A stretch of 64,000 bases of DNA from Paraspadella gotoi. Taxonomy: Eukaryota > Animalia > Chaetognatha. Made by a program: the position numbers and the translations under genes. Shown here in pieces: positions 37,300-50,199 of the stretch (positions are counted from its first letter, which is position 1; each line of letters begins with the position of its first letter). The notes beneath the pieces are model-generated. The model was not told the origin of the DNA and searched no databases. It was given only the letters and a program-made list of their open reading frames with translations. The stretch is taken from contig CM119270.1 in NCBI GenBank assembly GCA_051294375.1, positions 7,156,564 to 7,220,563 on the forward strand. The letters are read 5' to 3'.

Positions 37300-37550
37300 A
37301 TCTCCGTATGTAACTTGCCTCGAGTATGCCCCAAGAATTTAAATTCGCTAAGAAATTTTTCTCTTTCCCCGGCTGTACCTGGCTACTTAGTATTTTCCAA
37401 AAACTTTTCTCTCCTCCCGGATGTCAATGATCATTCTTTATTTCCGGATGTAACTTGGCCATTGTATTAGACAAAAACTTCTCTGCCTCCCCGGATGTAT
37501 CTCGACCCTGTTATTTGCTAAGAGGTTTTCTCTCCCTCCGGATGAAACTC
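37300..37550. repeat. Degenerate ~50-60-bp tandem repeat with CTCTCC..CCGGATGT core
   Basis: About 5-6 recurrences of CCGGATGT/CCGGCTGT/CCGTATGT, mostly preceded by TTTTCTCT. Confidence 0.65.
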
Positions 37551-38198
37551 GTTGAAAGGCAATGACGTAATTCCATTTGCGTCGCTTCGCATTTCGACTC
37601 AAATCGTCGTCTCACCCCAAAAAATGCCATCGCTTGTTACTGAAAAGTGCCATCTACTGAAAAAGATCCCTATCTGAATATTATTCAGTAAAAAAGATGG
37701 GTATTTTAAATAATAAAAATAAAAAATAACCAAAATAAACTGAATTCTGTGTTCATTAAAAAGCATGACTTTATTTTCACGCTTCTCGGCCATATTGTTT
37801 TTCTTTCTTTTTTTTCTTATTTTCTATAACATTTTTTTTCTTCAGTCCTAAAAAAATTTCAGTGCTTTGGCAGTTTGAATTAGACTGCTTTTTAAAAGAA
37901 TTTTGGCTTAGTAACTAATATTTGAAAGTAAAAAAAATGTTTAAATTGTTTAAAAAAATTCAAACAAAACAGAGAAAACAACAAATTCCATCGGATGACA
38001 TTAGGCGAAATTTCTGAATCGATTGAAAAAATTCAAAAAAGGAAACAAAACGAAAACAAATTCCTCTCTCTCTCTCTTTCTTTCTCTCTCGCCCTCTCTC
38101 TCTCTCTTTCTCTGTCTCTCTCTCTCTCTGTGTGAGTGTCTCTCCCAACATATTCGACCCGAATATCGACGCGAAAATGGAACAAAGGTGCGCATTAG

Positions 38199-38345
<147 letters not shown>

Positions 38346-39326
38346 GATGAATTAAACATGTGAAACAAATGCTGGAGTAAACAAATGAAAGAAGATGGAC
38401 GAATAATGGAAAAAAAATTGAATGAAATTCTTGTCAATTTTTAAAACGAGATTCGTCATGAGGCCAACATATTGAATTTATTTTTGAGCCGAGAACGAAT
38501 CCGATATTCAACTAAAGTGAGAGCCAAGTTTTTTTCTTTTTTTTCTCTAAAATACAAAAAGAAGGAATTAGTTTTTTGTTAACTTTTAATATTAAATTTG
38601 AATTGCAATTGATTAAAAAAAAAAATAGAAATAATCTTTGCGTTTCTCATCCATAGAAATGGTTTTCCTAAATTCATCGAAAACTTTTCTTCTTTTTTTT
38701 TGCCTCCAGTTTTTCCTTCATTATTCCTTCTATCCAATTACCTTTCATGCATTATCCTTGTAACAGATTTTATTCCATCCGGTTTCTCTGCATCCGGCAT
38801 CAGGTTTCCTTTCAATCTGCCATCTGCCATATTCCATTTGCCATCAGCTATCCCGTTTCCTTGCATCCCTCACTCCATCGAGCTGCCATCTTCTCCCTGG
38901 AATCTTCAGTCAAATGCAAACTCGCAAACGAGAGGAAAGAAAATATTGGAATTTCTTTTTCCTTTTTTATTTTTTTATTCTCCGGTTTTTTTTCTTTCCC
39001 CGTCGCTCATCCGAGGAGGAAACCCTTATCTCCTCACTTACCTTTTTTTTCCACTTCTTTAACTTCCCCTTCTTCAACCTCTTTTCTGTTTTCTATTCTT
39101 TTGCCTAAACTTACCTTGCGCATACTATACCATATTCTCTTTTAATCCTTCATATTCCTTACTTATCCCTTACTTATCCCTCACCTGATCCCCCGCTAAG
39201 CCGCCGCCTCGCTATCATCTTCACTGGAATCGTTGGCTCAATTTGTGANNNNNNNNNNNNNNNNNNNNNNNNNTGCATGCGGGTTATCTGCAACCTCTCA
39301 CTCTCTACTCTCTCTCTCTCTCTCTA

Positions 39327-39360
<34 letters not shown>

Positions 39361-39374
39361 CTTTCTCTCTTTTT

Positions 39375-39441
<67 letters not shown>

Positions 39442-39720
39442 TCTCTCTCCTCTCTCTCTCTCTCTCGTGATTTTAATTTGTCATTTCGTTTTTCTCTCTA
39501 TCAACATCTTTAATCGGATTTACCTTGGTGGAAAATAAAATCGAATGAGAATCTAACGACGACGACGATGACGACGACGACGAGCTACGAAGATGTCAAC
39601 AAGGGCCCAACGAGAAAAACAACGATAACAACAACAAAGATTTGACAACCTTAACCGGATAAAGAATGTTTTCCCTTTCTCCTCTCTCTCTCGTCTCTCT
39701 CTCTCTCATATTCTCTCTCT

Positions 39721-39773
<53 letters not shown>

Positions 39774-40069
39774 CCTTCGCATCTGGAACAATTTAGCGAT
39801 TTCCTCACAAACAAGCCTCTCTATCAGGCTTTTCCTGTCTTTGTCTCTCGACTTTCTTCTCTCTTATTTTTTTCTTTTCTTTTTCATTTTTAACTTAAAT
39901 TTTTTACTTTCCTTTCTTTCTTTTTTAATATTTTCCCCAAAAATTTCTTTTATTTCATTGTTATTCATTTAAAATTTTTTTTTCTTTATTGTTCCGAAAT
40001 TTTTGTTATTCATTCGAAGGTTAGGATGGGTCGTTTCAACATAATTTTAAACACGGGTCGTCCGAGTTA

Positions 40070-40573
40070 TGTGGCAAGGTGACGTTGAGGTTCTAAGATC
40101 GTGAGACTTGGTGTCATCACTTAAGGATCCGAGCGCAGGGAAGGCTAACGTTGGTCTTAATGATTAAGACTTGTTAATTTCTCAGTAGCATAATGTATAT
40201 ATACATTTTGTTGAGAACTTAAATTAAAACTATGGAGAATAAAGTTTAGATCAGGTTTATTCTTTTTGAGAAGTAAAAGCACAGACCTGAATTGAATCAG
40301 TTTACAATCAATAATAAGGGAAGGCATCAACATTAAAAAAAATAATAATTTATAGTGACATCTTGTGTTGAATTGGTGTGATCCTTGGGAGAAAGACCAA
40401 AGTCTTGATAATCATTAAAGGTTTAAGTAAGGATTTCGAAGTTGAGTTTTGTAGTTGACTGGGTTGCGGCCAGGTCGCTCGGTAAGGCATCCCAAGTCTT
40501 TGATCCCGGGTTCAACTCCGGGAGCGGATCGAATTTTTTTATATAGAAATTAACTTTGATGAAGGTTGCTACA
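40070..40573 (-). mobile_element. 3' LTR (~504 bp) of the Ty3/Gypsy element
   Basis: Termini TGTGGCAA...TTGCTACA (TG...CA inverted). On the minus strand immediately preceded by polypurine tract GGGGGGCG (40574-40581) and downstream of the integrase. Confidence 0.75.
40461..40540 (+). ncRNA. tRNA-like Pol III cassette inside the Gypsy LTR (not a functional tRNA)
   Basis: D-arm-like GCC...GGTAAGGC, B-box GGTTCAACTCC (40509-40519) in a T-arm-like hairpin, imperfect acceptor pairing GGGTTGC/GCGGATC, T7 terminator 40534-40540. Anticodon arm degenerate. Confidence 0.55.
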
Positions 40574-41033
40574 CGCCCCCCTGTGAAATATATGGGTTAT
40601 AAATTATTAATATGTTGAACACTCTTTCTAAGTATGTTATAATATAAAACAAATATATACATTCGGGTATATACACAGTAATATAAACTATTGAATGATT
40701 TTAATTATACAAATTCTAAATCAAATATAACTCAATCAAGCACTCGTAACGTCAACAGTCGGTATTTGATGTGAGTATATACGGACGACAAAGGAAACTC
40801 AGACTCCGGCTTCGTTGACTAGAGCACAAGGATATTTCGTAGTCTATTTTCGATCTCCCTTTTCCTTTCTTTTCTTCGTTGTCTTCATTTTGGTGAGAAG
40901 CATTTCTCTAGCACAACAGCGTATAGTTGGTCCGATTGTGTTTCGTTGTTGTTGTTCTCGTTATACGTTGGCGCAGCTTTTGCTTTTTCGAAAATTCTCA
41001 CGCTTCAGTTTTGGAGACCTCACGTTTGGCTCA

Positions 41034-43510
41034 TTATTCTTTCTTCGTCGTTGATGAGTTATTGATTGAGGTTGGAGATGGTGAGCCACGGTAGCCGGAG
41101 AAGGGGAAGATGGGAGGAAAAAGGCGTTGGGAAGGTGTTGAGTAGTCGAGTAGACAGGGGGTGTTGGGTGAAGAGGGGATGGGGGGAAGAGGAGGAGGAG
41201 AAGGGAAGAGGAGAGGAGGAGGAGGAGGAACGCAAGCGCGCGTCGAGTCATGGATCTTGTGTTCTCTTGTTGTTGGCGCCGGCGTTAGGTTATACGAGCA
41301 GCTGCGGCGCCTGGGCGTCGAGAGATAGAGACCGGTCCCTCCGATTCGATGACGATCCTCCAATGTCTCCTGACCGCCTGGCTCACCGTGCAATATTGAC
41401 GTTTTGTGCAGTGCTGGAATGTCGATTTCATAACTTGCAGGCCCGTTGCAACTGATAACGCGGAAAGGGCCCCTTCATATGGCGGATTAGTGGTGGAGCG
41501 CATAGAGAAACGCATTGACGACAGATTCCAAATTGGCCGGAAGATGGATGGTTGGTTGTCGTGGACGGAACGTTGACGTCGCGTTTAAACGCGGCCAACT
41601 TCACTCGTTGACTGGCTAATTGACGTTGACGTTGTAACAGCTGTAGAACTACACCGAGTTGAGTCTTCTCGAGCGCACGCACACTGCCGCCGGGGACGTT
41701 GACCATCCCATAACGATACTAAATGCGGCCGCTGAGGCCGCCCGATATCTTCTTCACGTGTACGAATTTCGAAGTAATGTTAAGGAACTTCATATATATC
41801 GTCTCTGGCCAAACGCTCATGAGGATTCTTTCAGCCTTCGATGAAAACGTTCTATCTAGGCCGTTGGCCCTGTGGGGGTGAAGCGGTTGTTGGCTGATGC
41901 TTGATTCCCCATTGCCTGGCATAAGCTGTCTCCATAGTGCCGAATAAAATTGGGTTCCACGATCTGTGGTAATTACTGCTGGATTCGAGGAGCTTTCCAT
42001 TGTGGCTGAGGGCATCAAGACAGATATTAACAGCAGTAGTCCTTGATTGGTATTCGCAGTTGGCCCCCTTGAGAAGCGGTCTACTATGTAAGCAAATGTT
42101 TAATCCGTTTGAATTGGCATCTTTACTAGATCCCAGATTTATGTGTTGAGAACCTTAGAGTGGGAATATTTTATCTCCGGGCACATACAGTCGAGTACTT
42201 AGCTGGCGCGTGGCCAATCAATACAGTCTCTTGCCTTTGCTGTCCACTTCATTCAATACCTACGACGCTTTTGAGTATGAGATATTACGTGGCTAGAGAG
42301 AGACGCCTGGATGGCCGAGGCCGAGATGTATTACGTCGAAGATTTTAACGCGCAAGAGAGGGCGAGAGCCGTTTGAAACATGCTGCTAGAAGCTGTTCGT
42401 AGACGACATAGATTTTTGAAAAGCAAACCCGGTTCTTGCATCCTCGGAATCTCTTGAATCGCGTCGAAGGGCGTTGCTCTCTCGCCATTGTTCGAAGTCA
42501 GAGGTTTGAGTGAGCATATATAAGGAGAGATACTTACCGCTACGATTCTGATTGATAGCACTCCTCAATGTTCTTCGGTTATCTCGGTGACTTGACGATT
42601 TTGGGTCGTTGAGTTGTTGAGATCCTCGCTCGTTTCGCGTTGTTGCGGGTGATGCGCGGTTGGCGGATTTCGATTGCTGTTGGCGGAGTTTGTTGATGAT
42701 ATGGCAGCTTGACGCCGATAAGGGTCCGCTATCATACATTTGCCTTTCCTTTTAAGTATCTGATATCGCGTGGTGAAGTTCTGGCGATCACCGACAGCTG
42801 GTAGGCTGGCGAGCAGTTTTCTGAGGTCCGATTTCTTTTTGATAGCCGGTTATCAAGCATTTGGTGGGTCGTGTAGAATTTGTGAAATTCCTTCCTTCAA
42901 TCCATGCGAAATGGCGAACTGGCTCTGTAAGGCGCTGAATAATTCTCGTCGAAAGGCGGCAGAGTCTTTGATTTTTTTGCCAGGTTTCGCCGAGAAGAGC
43001 AAGCGGTTCCAACCCTTGGTCTCGTTTTTCGAGAGACCGCTCCTACCGCGTGATCCTGATGCATCGGTTTGTGAACGGCAGGGCGTGCGCCTGTTCGAGG
43101 GTGCATGCAAGAGTGCTGCTTGTATAAGTCCTTGTTTGATGATTTCAAACGCGTTCTCACACTCCGTTGTCCATTTCAACGCCTATGTGGTCTGTGAGCA
43201 ACCTTTAGAAAATCGGTCGATAATAAATTTCATCATTCCCAAGAAGCAGCTTGCAGTTCTTTGACGTAGTCGTCTCGTGTTGCTTGAAGAGTTTGTAGCT
43301 CTCTCGGAAGGGTCGAACTCCATTCTTGTCAAACCAAAAATCCGAGGAACTCCAGTGATTCCGCTGCACCAGCCAGACACTTCTTGGTGTTTGACCACCA
43401 AAACGTTGGCATCTAGAGTCTTGAAGACGTCGTTCGAGGTCTTGTACGTGTCCTCCGGTGGAAAGATGATGGCGACCAGTTATATTATCAAAATTACGAA
43501 AGTGTGAGGG
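41034..43510 (-). mobile_element. Ty3/Gypsy LTR retrotransposon pol (RT C-half, RNase H, integrase), frameshifted and 5'-truncated
   Basis: Fragments across frames: HVQDLER..KKC (RT palm), FLGM..YYR, KWTTECENAFEIIKQGL, QTDAS..AVGAV, FDRELFSA (RNase H), LLTIVDRFS, PAVITTDRGTQFYSALW, ANGL..RFHRRLK (integrase core), YEGPF (GPY/F), then a Pro-rich tail. RT-RH-IN order is Gypsy-type. Confidence 0.93.
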
Positions 43511-45699
43511 ATTTCTCCTCTCTCTCTCTCGCATCATTGAGAAGAAATTACTTTTCAAGTAAAAAAAGTTCTTGATCTCGCTCACAACATAAACATTTTT
43601 TTTCAAACATTTCTTAACAACGCCGGTTTTATTAATGAGGTTTTTGAAAAAAGAAACTCTCACTTTAAATAGAAATAAAATATTTCTTTGTCGCTTTTTA
43701 GTCATTAATCTAAAATAACGAATTCGTCGGAAACGTTGGCCTCGGACGTTTCACTTCGTTGTTTTTGTTGTTTACTATTCTACGTTAGTCACGAACATAA
43801 ATTAAAAAATCGAAAATTTTAATAAATATTATTTTGTAAAAAAAAAAATTAAACCGAATTTACGATTTCAAGTTCATTAGTATCATACATCCCAGAAAAA
43901 AAAGTCATGATATCTAAAAGTAACAATGATAACACCGTTAGAAAGCTGTCGCACGGTTTGCAACAGATAAAAGTGACCGAAGATTACACATAAATTACCT
44001 TAACTTTCCCGGCAATAACAACAACGACGAGGATGACAACAACAACAACAGCCTCGCGCTCCACTTTGGCGGCGCGGTGATTCTTGTTCTTCTTGTTTGC
44101 GTCGGAATCCATGAGAAGATTCACCCGTGAGCGATTTCGNNNNNNNNNNNNNNNNNNNNNNNNNNNNNNNNNNNNNNNNNNNNNNNNNNNNNNNNNNNNN
44201 NNNNNNNNNNNNNNNNNNNNNNNNNNNNNNNNNNNNNNNNNNNNNNNNNNNNNNNNNNNNNNNNNNNNNNNNNNNNNNNNNNNNNNNNNNNNNNNNNNNN
44301 NNNNNNTCTCTCTCTCTCTCTCATTATTCTCATCTCATCCACACACAAAAAAATCAGTCTTTGAAAATCGAACCCAGCCTTCGTTCCCCTCGAAATGTTA
44401 ATCCGAATCACACTCCCACATTTTATCCATTAAGAAGAAAGAAAAAAAAAGAGGCTAAAACTTTGATCGCGAAAAAAAAGAAGAAAAAAAAACATGGAGA
44501 GAAAAACGAGTATGAGATTTGATAGAAAAACATAGGTATGTAAGTAAAACATGGGAAGTAGAAATTGAAGAAGAAAACATGGGAGGCAGAACGAAAAACA
44601 TGATATGAAATAGGACTAGAAAAACCTCGAAAGATTAAGAAATAAGAAACAGAAAAACAGAAAAAGCGAAGAAATAGAGTCGGAAAAAAAAAACATGTCA
44701 TTAAGATTCGCAAAACAGAAACCTAAAAACATGGAAACATATAAGGCGAAACAAAAATAGAGATAAAAGAATAAAACCTGGAACAAAAAAAAAATGTTTN
44801 NNNNNNNNNNNNNNNNNNNNNNNNNNNNNNNNNNNNNNNNNNNNNNNNNNNNNNNNNNNNNNNNNNNNNNNNNNNNNNNNNNNNNNNNNNNNNNNNNNNN
44901 NAGTAGGGGTTGAGACACCTTTGCGTCATTAACTCCGAAGGGAACGCAATGACAGATAAACCTGGATGTCATTAAACTTTTTCGAGGCCGGAAGGGACAG
45001 ACTTTTCATTTGGCTGTAAGGAGACTTAATGAAATTCAGGGTTAGATCAACGTGAATGGTTTCTTGGTTTGTTATAAAGCATTTGTATGATAGAATTATC
45101 TATGTGTTTTAAAGTTATGTCAAATTTTGTTGCTTTTAGTGAAAACGCATGATGAAATAACTACTAACACTTATGACGATTAAAACTGTTTTTGTCATTA
45201 ACCTATTTTTTCTTTCAAACTCCAGACGCGTGTCAAAGTCAGTTCCTATGATTATTTTTTAATTTGTATTCATCTGTCAGACTCTTTTGGTTGTCAAGTC
45301 GGCATGGGAAATTCTGTGATCAACAAAACTGCCGCCGCCGCCGCCACCGCCGCCGCCGCCGCCTTCACACTCGTTGATCCGCGTCCAGAAATTTCCATGA
45401 CAAAATGTTTTGCAGATCGGGCGAAAATGAAAAGCGGATTTTACCATACAGTGTGGCGGACAGCCAGTGGCTTTTGTTGACGCTAATTGGTCAAGACTAA
45501 ATTACAAATGCTCCCATTGGACGAGACGAATAATCTCAATATACGCAAGGATCCTGTGATTGTCACGTCGCAAATCTCACAATTCACATTTCCCTGTTTC
45601 ACGTCTCCACCCAAAATGGCGGCCTTTCGTTTTCGTCTTCCAGAATTTCGTGTCTCTTCAGTCGTAAAGGGACGTGACGACACCAGGCGGCGCACGACT

Positions 45700-46125
45700 C
45701 GAAAGACGCTGTGACGCAAATGACGCCTTGATAGAAATGACGCCATGAGGTCGTTGAAGCGGTGGCATGAATGACGGTGTGACGCAATGACGCGTTGATT
45801 GAAATGACGCAAGGAGATTGTTGAAGAACTGATGTGAATGACGCTCTGATATAGTTGATGTTTTGATGGAAATAACACAGTGACACCGATCTAATAGTGA
45901 TGCGAATGACGCAGTGATGCCAATAATGCAGTGAAGAGATTAATGCTGTGACGCCAATGGAGTAGTGATGCCAATTATGGCGTGAAACCGATGGAGCGTT
46001 GACGCGATTGACGCAGTGACGACTGTGCCACATAATTCGAATGACGTAATGAAATCAATTACGCAGTGACGTGAATGACGCAGTGACGTAAAAGAACCAG
46101 TGACAGAAGCGATAGAAGTGACGCC
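45700..46125. repeat. Degenerate TGACGC-rich tandem repeat (AATGACGCAGTGACG-like)
   Basis: More than 20 TGACG/TGATGC cores in ~420 bp, almost all on the + strand. Confidence 0.75.
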
Positions 46126-46273
46126 TCTCTTCTTTAGACCAGACGCCAGAACCCCAAACTGTCACGACTGATCTCGTCAACTCAAGATGGCGGGAAACCT
46201 GGGGGGGCAGAGAGAGAGATGGCAATGGAGAGTGAGAGAGGAGGGAGGGAGAGAGAAAGCGAGGAGAGAGAGA

Positions 46274-46332
<59 letters not shown>

Positions 46333-46338
46333 AGAGAA

Positions 46339-46378
<40 letters not shown>

Positions 46379-46466
46379 AAGGTAGAGAGAAAAGTGAGAG
46401 AGAAAGAAATGAAAAAATATATAGTTGGGGTTGAAAGCTATAATGAACAGCAACAAAAAATGAAAA

Positions 46467-46498
<32 letters not shown>

Positions 46499-47624
46499 AA
46501 AGAAAGAAAAAAGAAAAGAAAAGAAAGAAAGAAAGAGAAAGAAAAGAAAGTAAAGAAAGAAAGAAGAAAGAAAGAAAAGAAAGAAAGAACAGACAGGCTC
46601 CACTCAATCGTTGAGTCCGTGATAAACAGTTTTCTCTCGAACATGGTTCCTCTCTCTGTCTCTCTCGGCCTGCTTAAGCTATCTTCTCTCTTTCTTCCTC
46701 TCTTATCTCTCTCATCTCTCTCTCCTCTCTGCTTCTCTCTCTCTCTCTCTCTCTCTCTCCTGCATCTCTCTACTCTCCTCTCTCTCTCTCTCTCCACACA
46801 AGACACCCTCATTCATTCACATGCGGACGGATCAAACAAAAAAAAATCTTGTTTAACCTGAATTTAATCCAACGCAACAAAAACTCGACACCTGAAAAAC
46901 AAAACGTCAAAAAGCCATATCGCTTCGCAAACTCCTCTTCCTCCTCCTCCCCCTCCTGTTCTTCATTCTTCTCCTCCTCACCATATTAGAGCTAAAACCC
47001 TGTTTTTGAGAGTGTGATCGACTACCTCCCAACTGGGCGATGGGCGATATCAATGACTGATGATTCCACCCTCCTCATTTGGTATTAAATACCTCCTTAA
47101 CTTTTGAAGGCATCCTTTCCCTCCTCCTCCTCCTACTCCTCCCCTACTCCTCCTCTTTATGAATTCACAGGGATTTCAAATAATAAATTCATATACTGCA
47201 GATAAGGAAGATGATCTTCTTTAGGTGAATCCATAGATGTATTCAATGTGAGAGAAAGAAAAGATTTGATCTCTGTATGAGTAAACAATGTCGCAAAGCT
47301 TCCGCTACCCAACTGATAAGTCCTTAGTGAGCAATAAGTAAATCTCTTTCACAATGAAATTCATATCCTCAAAATCATATTCGAAATCAGATTTCTAGAA
47401 TATTTAAAACTGAATGAATTCATTGCAGAGGTGAAGAGTATAAAAAAAAATACTTACCTAGTAAGGAGAAATTTAGTAAAAGTAGAAAAATCTTTAATCG
47501 CCAATAATTGAGAAGTATTCAGGTGAATGAGTGAGTGAAAAAATATTTTAATACGTTTCCGTTATTGAAGACGTGAATCCTTATATGTAAATTCCTGAAT
47601 ATTTTTTCCCTGAATCTAAATTAT

Positions 47625-48130
47625 GAGTTGTCTTCTTTTCTTTGTGAATACTAGAGTGTGAATCATAAGAATGAATTCATTTCATTTCGGTTGTAAAAGT
47701 TTTCAATTATTAAGTAGTTGTATTCTTTGGAATACTTAGTGTAGGGAATTCTGAGTTAGAATCATAAGAATGAATTCATTCATTTCGGTTTAAATGTGCC
47801 TTTTTTAAAGTTTTTATTATTAAGTAGTCATTATTCTTTGTGAATACTTAGAGTGTTGAATTCAAAAGAGATGAAAAATTCATTTCATTTCGGTTTTAAA
47901 AAGTTTCATTGATTAAGTTGTTGTTATTCTGTGTGAACTACTTAGTGGTATGATTCATGAGTAGAAATTCATAAGAATGAATTCATTTCATTGTCGGTTT
48001 AATGTGCCATTTTTTAAAGTTTTTATTATTAAGTAGTCATTATTCTTGTGAATACTTAGTGTGTGAATTTCAATGAGTAGAAATTCTTGAGAATGAATTC
48101 ATTTCAATTTCAAGTTTTAAATGTGCCTGA
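47625..48130. repeat. AT-rich satellite, ~5 units of ~100-115 bp, alternating A/B variants
   Basis: AATGAATTCATTTCATTTCGGTT recurs at ~47670, 47770, 47870, 47976, 48092, each followed by ATTAAGTAGT and GAATACTTAG except the last partial unit. Confidence 0.9.
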
Positions 48131-50155
48131 ACTCGAATCTGCCGATGTCAATAATCAACTATTAATCAGTATAGGCAAGAATAAAACATAGTATACGGTC
48201 CCATGGTAAAAGTCTATGAGAAGTTTAAAAATATATTTTTATCAAAAATAAATAATCAAGTCACAAAAAAAGTTACAATTAAAAAACGTCTTTAAAAAAT
48301 TATTTGTGGGTAAATCAAAAAAGTTTTTTTGCTAATTTTATAGGTGTTAAAAGCTTATTCAATAAGCCCTATGTTTTATGTTAATTTAAAACAAATTTGC
48401 AACTATTTTTTTGTTTAACAAATTATAATAAAAACTGAAAAGACAGCTTTTTGACTTGTAAAACTTCATAGGCAAACTCTAAATGATTTAAAGGGAAATA
48501 AAATACCCAGAGGTGAAGAAATAAGGAAAGAACGGATTTCCAAGTAAAAATTTTTCTCAACTTTCCTTTGGCACTCTAATCAGAAAAGAAAATGAAAATG
48601 GACAAAAATGGACATGAATTTTTTTCTTTCCTAAATGTTTTTCAAAAACATTGTACTTTTTTTTATTAATTTGAAACGGGTGGATATGAATTCACCAATC
48701 CTTAGCCCAATTTGTATTGTGGTCCGAAATCAAATTAATATATGTAAGTAACAACTGAACAAGAATGGAAAGAGTGGCTTTTGTTGCTAAATGTAGACGG
48801 GAAGTCTCGCTAAAAAAAATTCACATTTTTCTAATAGAGATTTCCGTTAAAGTCTGACGTACCAATTGCAAACGAGATTGCCAGAAATTCGGGCGTAAAA
48901 AGGGCAGTTGTAAAAACACATGATTCCGATAGCGTTATATCTTAAGAGCTAGCCAAATTGCGTCTTATGGCATTTGAATAAAGGATTTAAGTATCAAAAA
49001 CAAGCCAGGGGAAATGCACTAGTCATTCGCTCCAGAGAATTTTCAAACCTTGTTTTTAACTATAAAACTGAAAAGGAGAATTTTTGCTTTTCCAAAATTG
49101 TTAAGATGGGCTAGGGTATGTAACATTATAATTATTACCTTCTTATTATGGATTTAAAGCCTCTTGTCTCCGAAGAGTAGCTGGCGCCAAATTTTCTATA
49201 CCTCTCTTTCATTATTCGATTCAAACTCTCCTTAGATTTTAAACCAACGTGGTGAAGTCAGTCGCGAATTGGGCTCTGGTTTTATGAAATTTTATTTAAT
49301 AAGAACATAAAGGAATGGTTGAGGAGAAAAACTTGAATTTTTTCCTGATATCTCCTGAAGATACAGGGAAGGCAATAAGTACCAAAATGAAAGGCCATAA
49401 ATCATTGGCACATACAATGTTACAATATTGAATTATTTTTTGCTGGAAACCTCTTTACAGGGTGAGTGTCCAACTAAGTCAAAATTATAATGCATTTTAA
49501 AATCTAATGAAACCCCAATAAAAATAATGAAAATTAAATTCTTCTAAACCCATGGGCCAATTTTAGATGTAACTTAAGATTTACCTTATTCCAAGTCATT
49601 CTCTATCCAAAAATTAAAAATACATTATGAAAAAAGGTTTGGGATCGAGTTAAGAATTTGGTAATGCGACGTTTTGTAGGCGAACCAACAATGAATCATT
49701 GAATATCTCAAAGCAAAGTCGAATTCGACCCGGAAGAGCCTGTCAATGAATCAAACGTTCCTTGCACCGCGAGCAATTCGACTGATAAATCAATCGAATT
49801 CGATCTTTTCGACCGGCTAAAATCGATCCGCTGCGACCTTTTGACCCGTTTTTGCGAGTCGGAAGAGAGGTCGAAAACCGCCCCGACCCTTTAGGCCCTT
49901 CAAAACCTCCCCTCCTCCTTCCTGCTGCCTACCTCCGTCCCAGTAGCAACATTTTCCCTTCACTTTCTCCTTCCTCCTCTTCCTCCTCTTAAAAAAAATG
50001 CCACAGTGCATTTCGATTTTTCTTTCTGCCGAAGACGTTTAATCATCAAGCGACTTTTTTTTTCAAAACATTTTTCCTCAATAAAAGGAATTTTAAACAG
50101 GACCTAGCGGAAATAATCCTCTCTCCTGCCTCTCTTCTCTCTGATTCCTCACTCA

Positions 50156-50199
<44 letters not shown>

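Noticed and set aside
40461-40530. Functional tRNA gene
   Set aside because: Anticodon arm and acceptor stem are defective. Kept only as a tRNA-like cassette.
47625-48130. Regularly spaced repeat resembling a CRISPR array
   Set aside because: The spacers are homologous to each other, the context is eukaryotic and there are no cas genes. It is a satellite.
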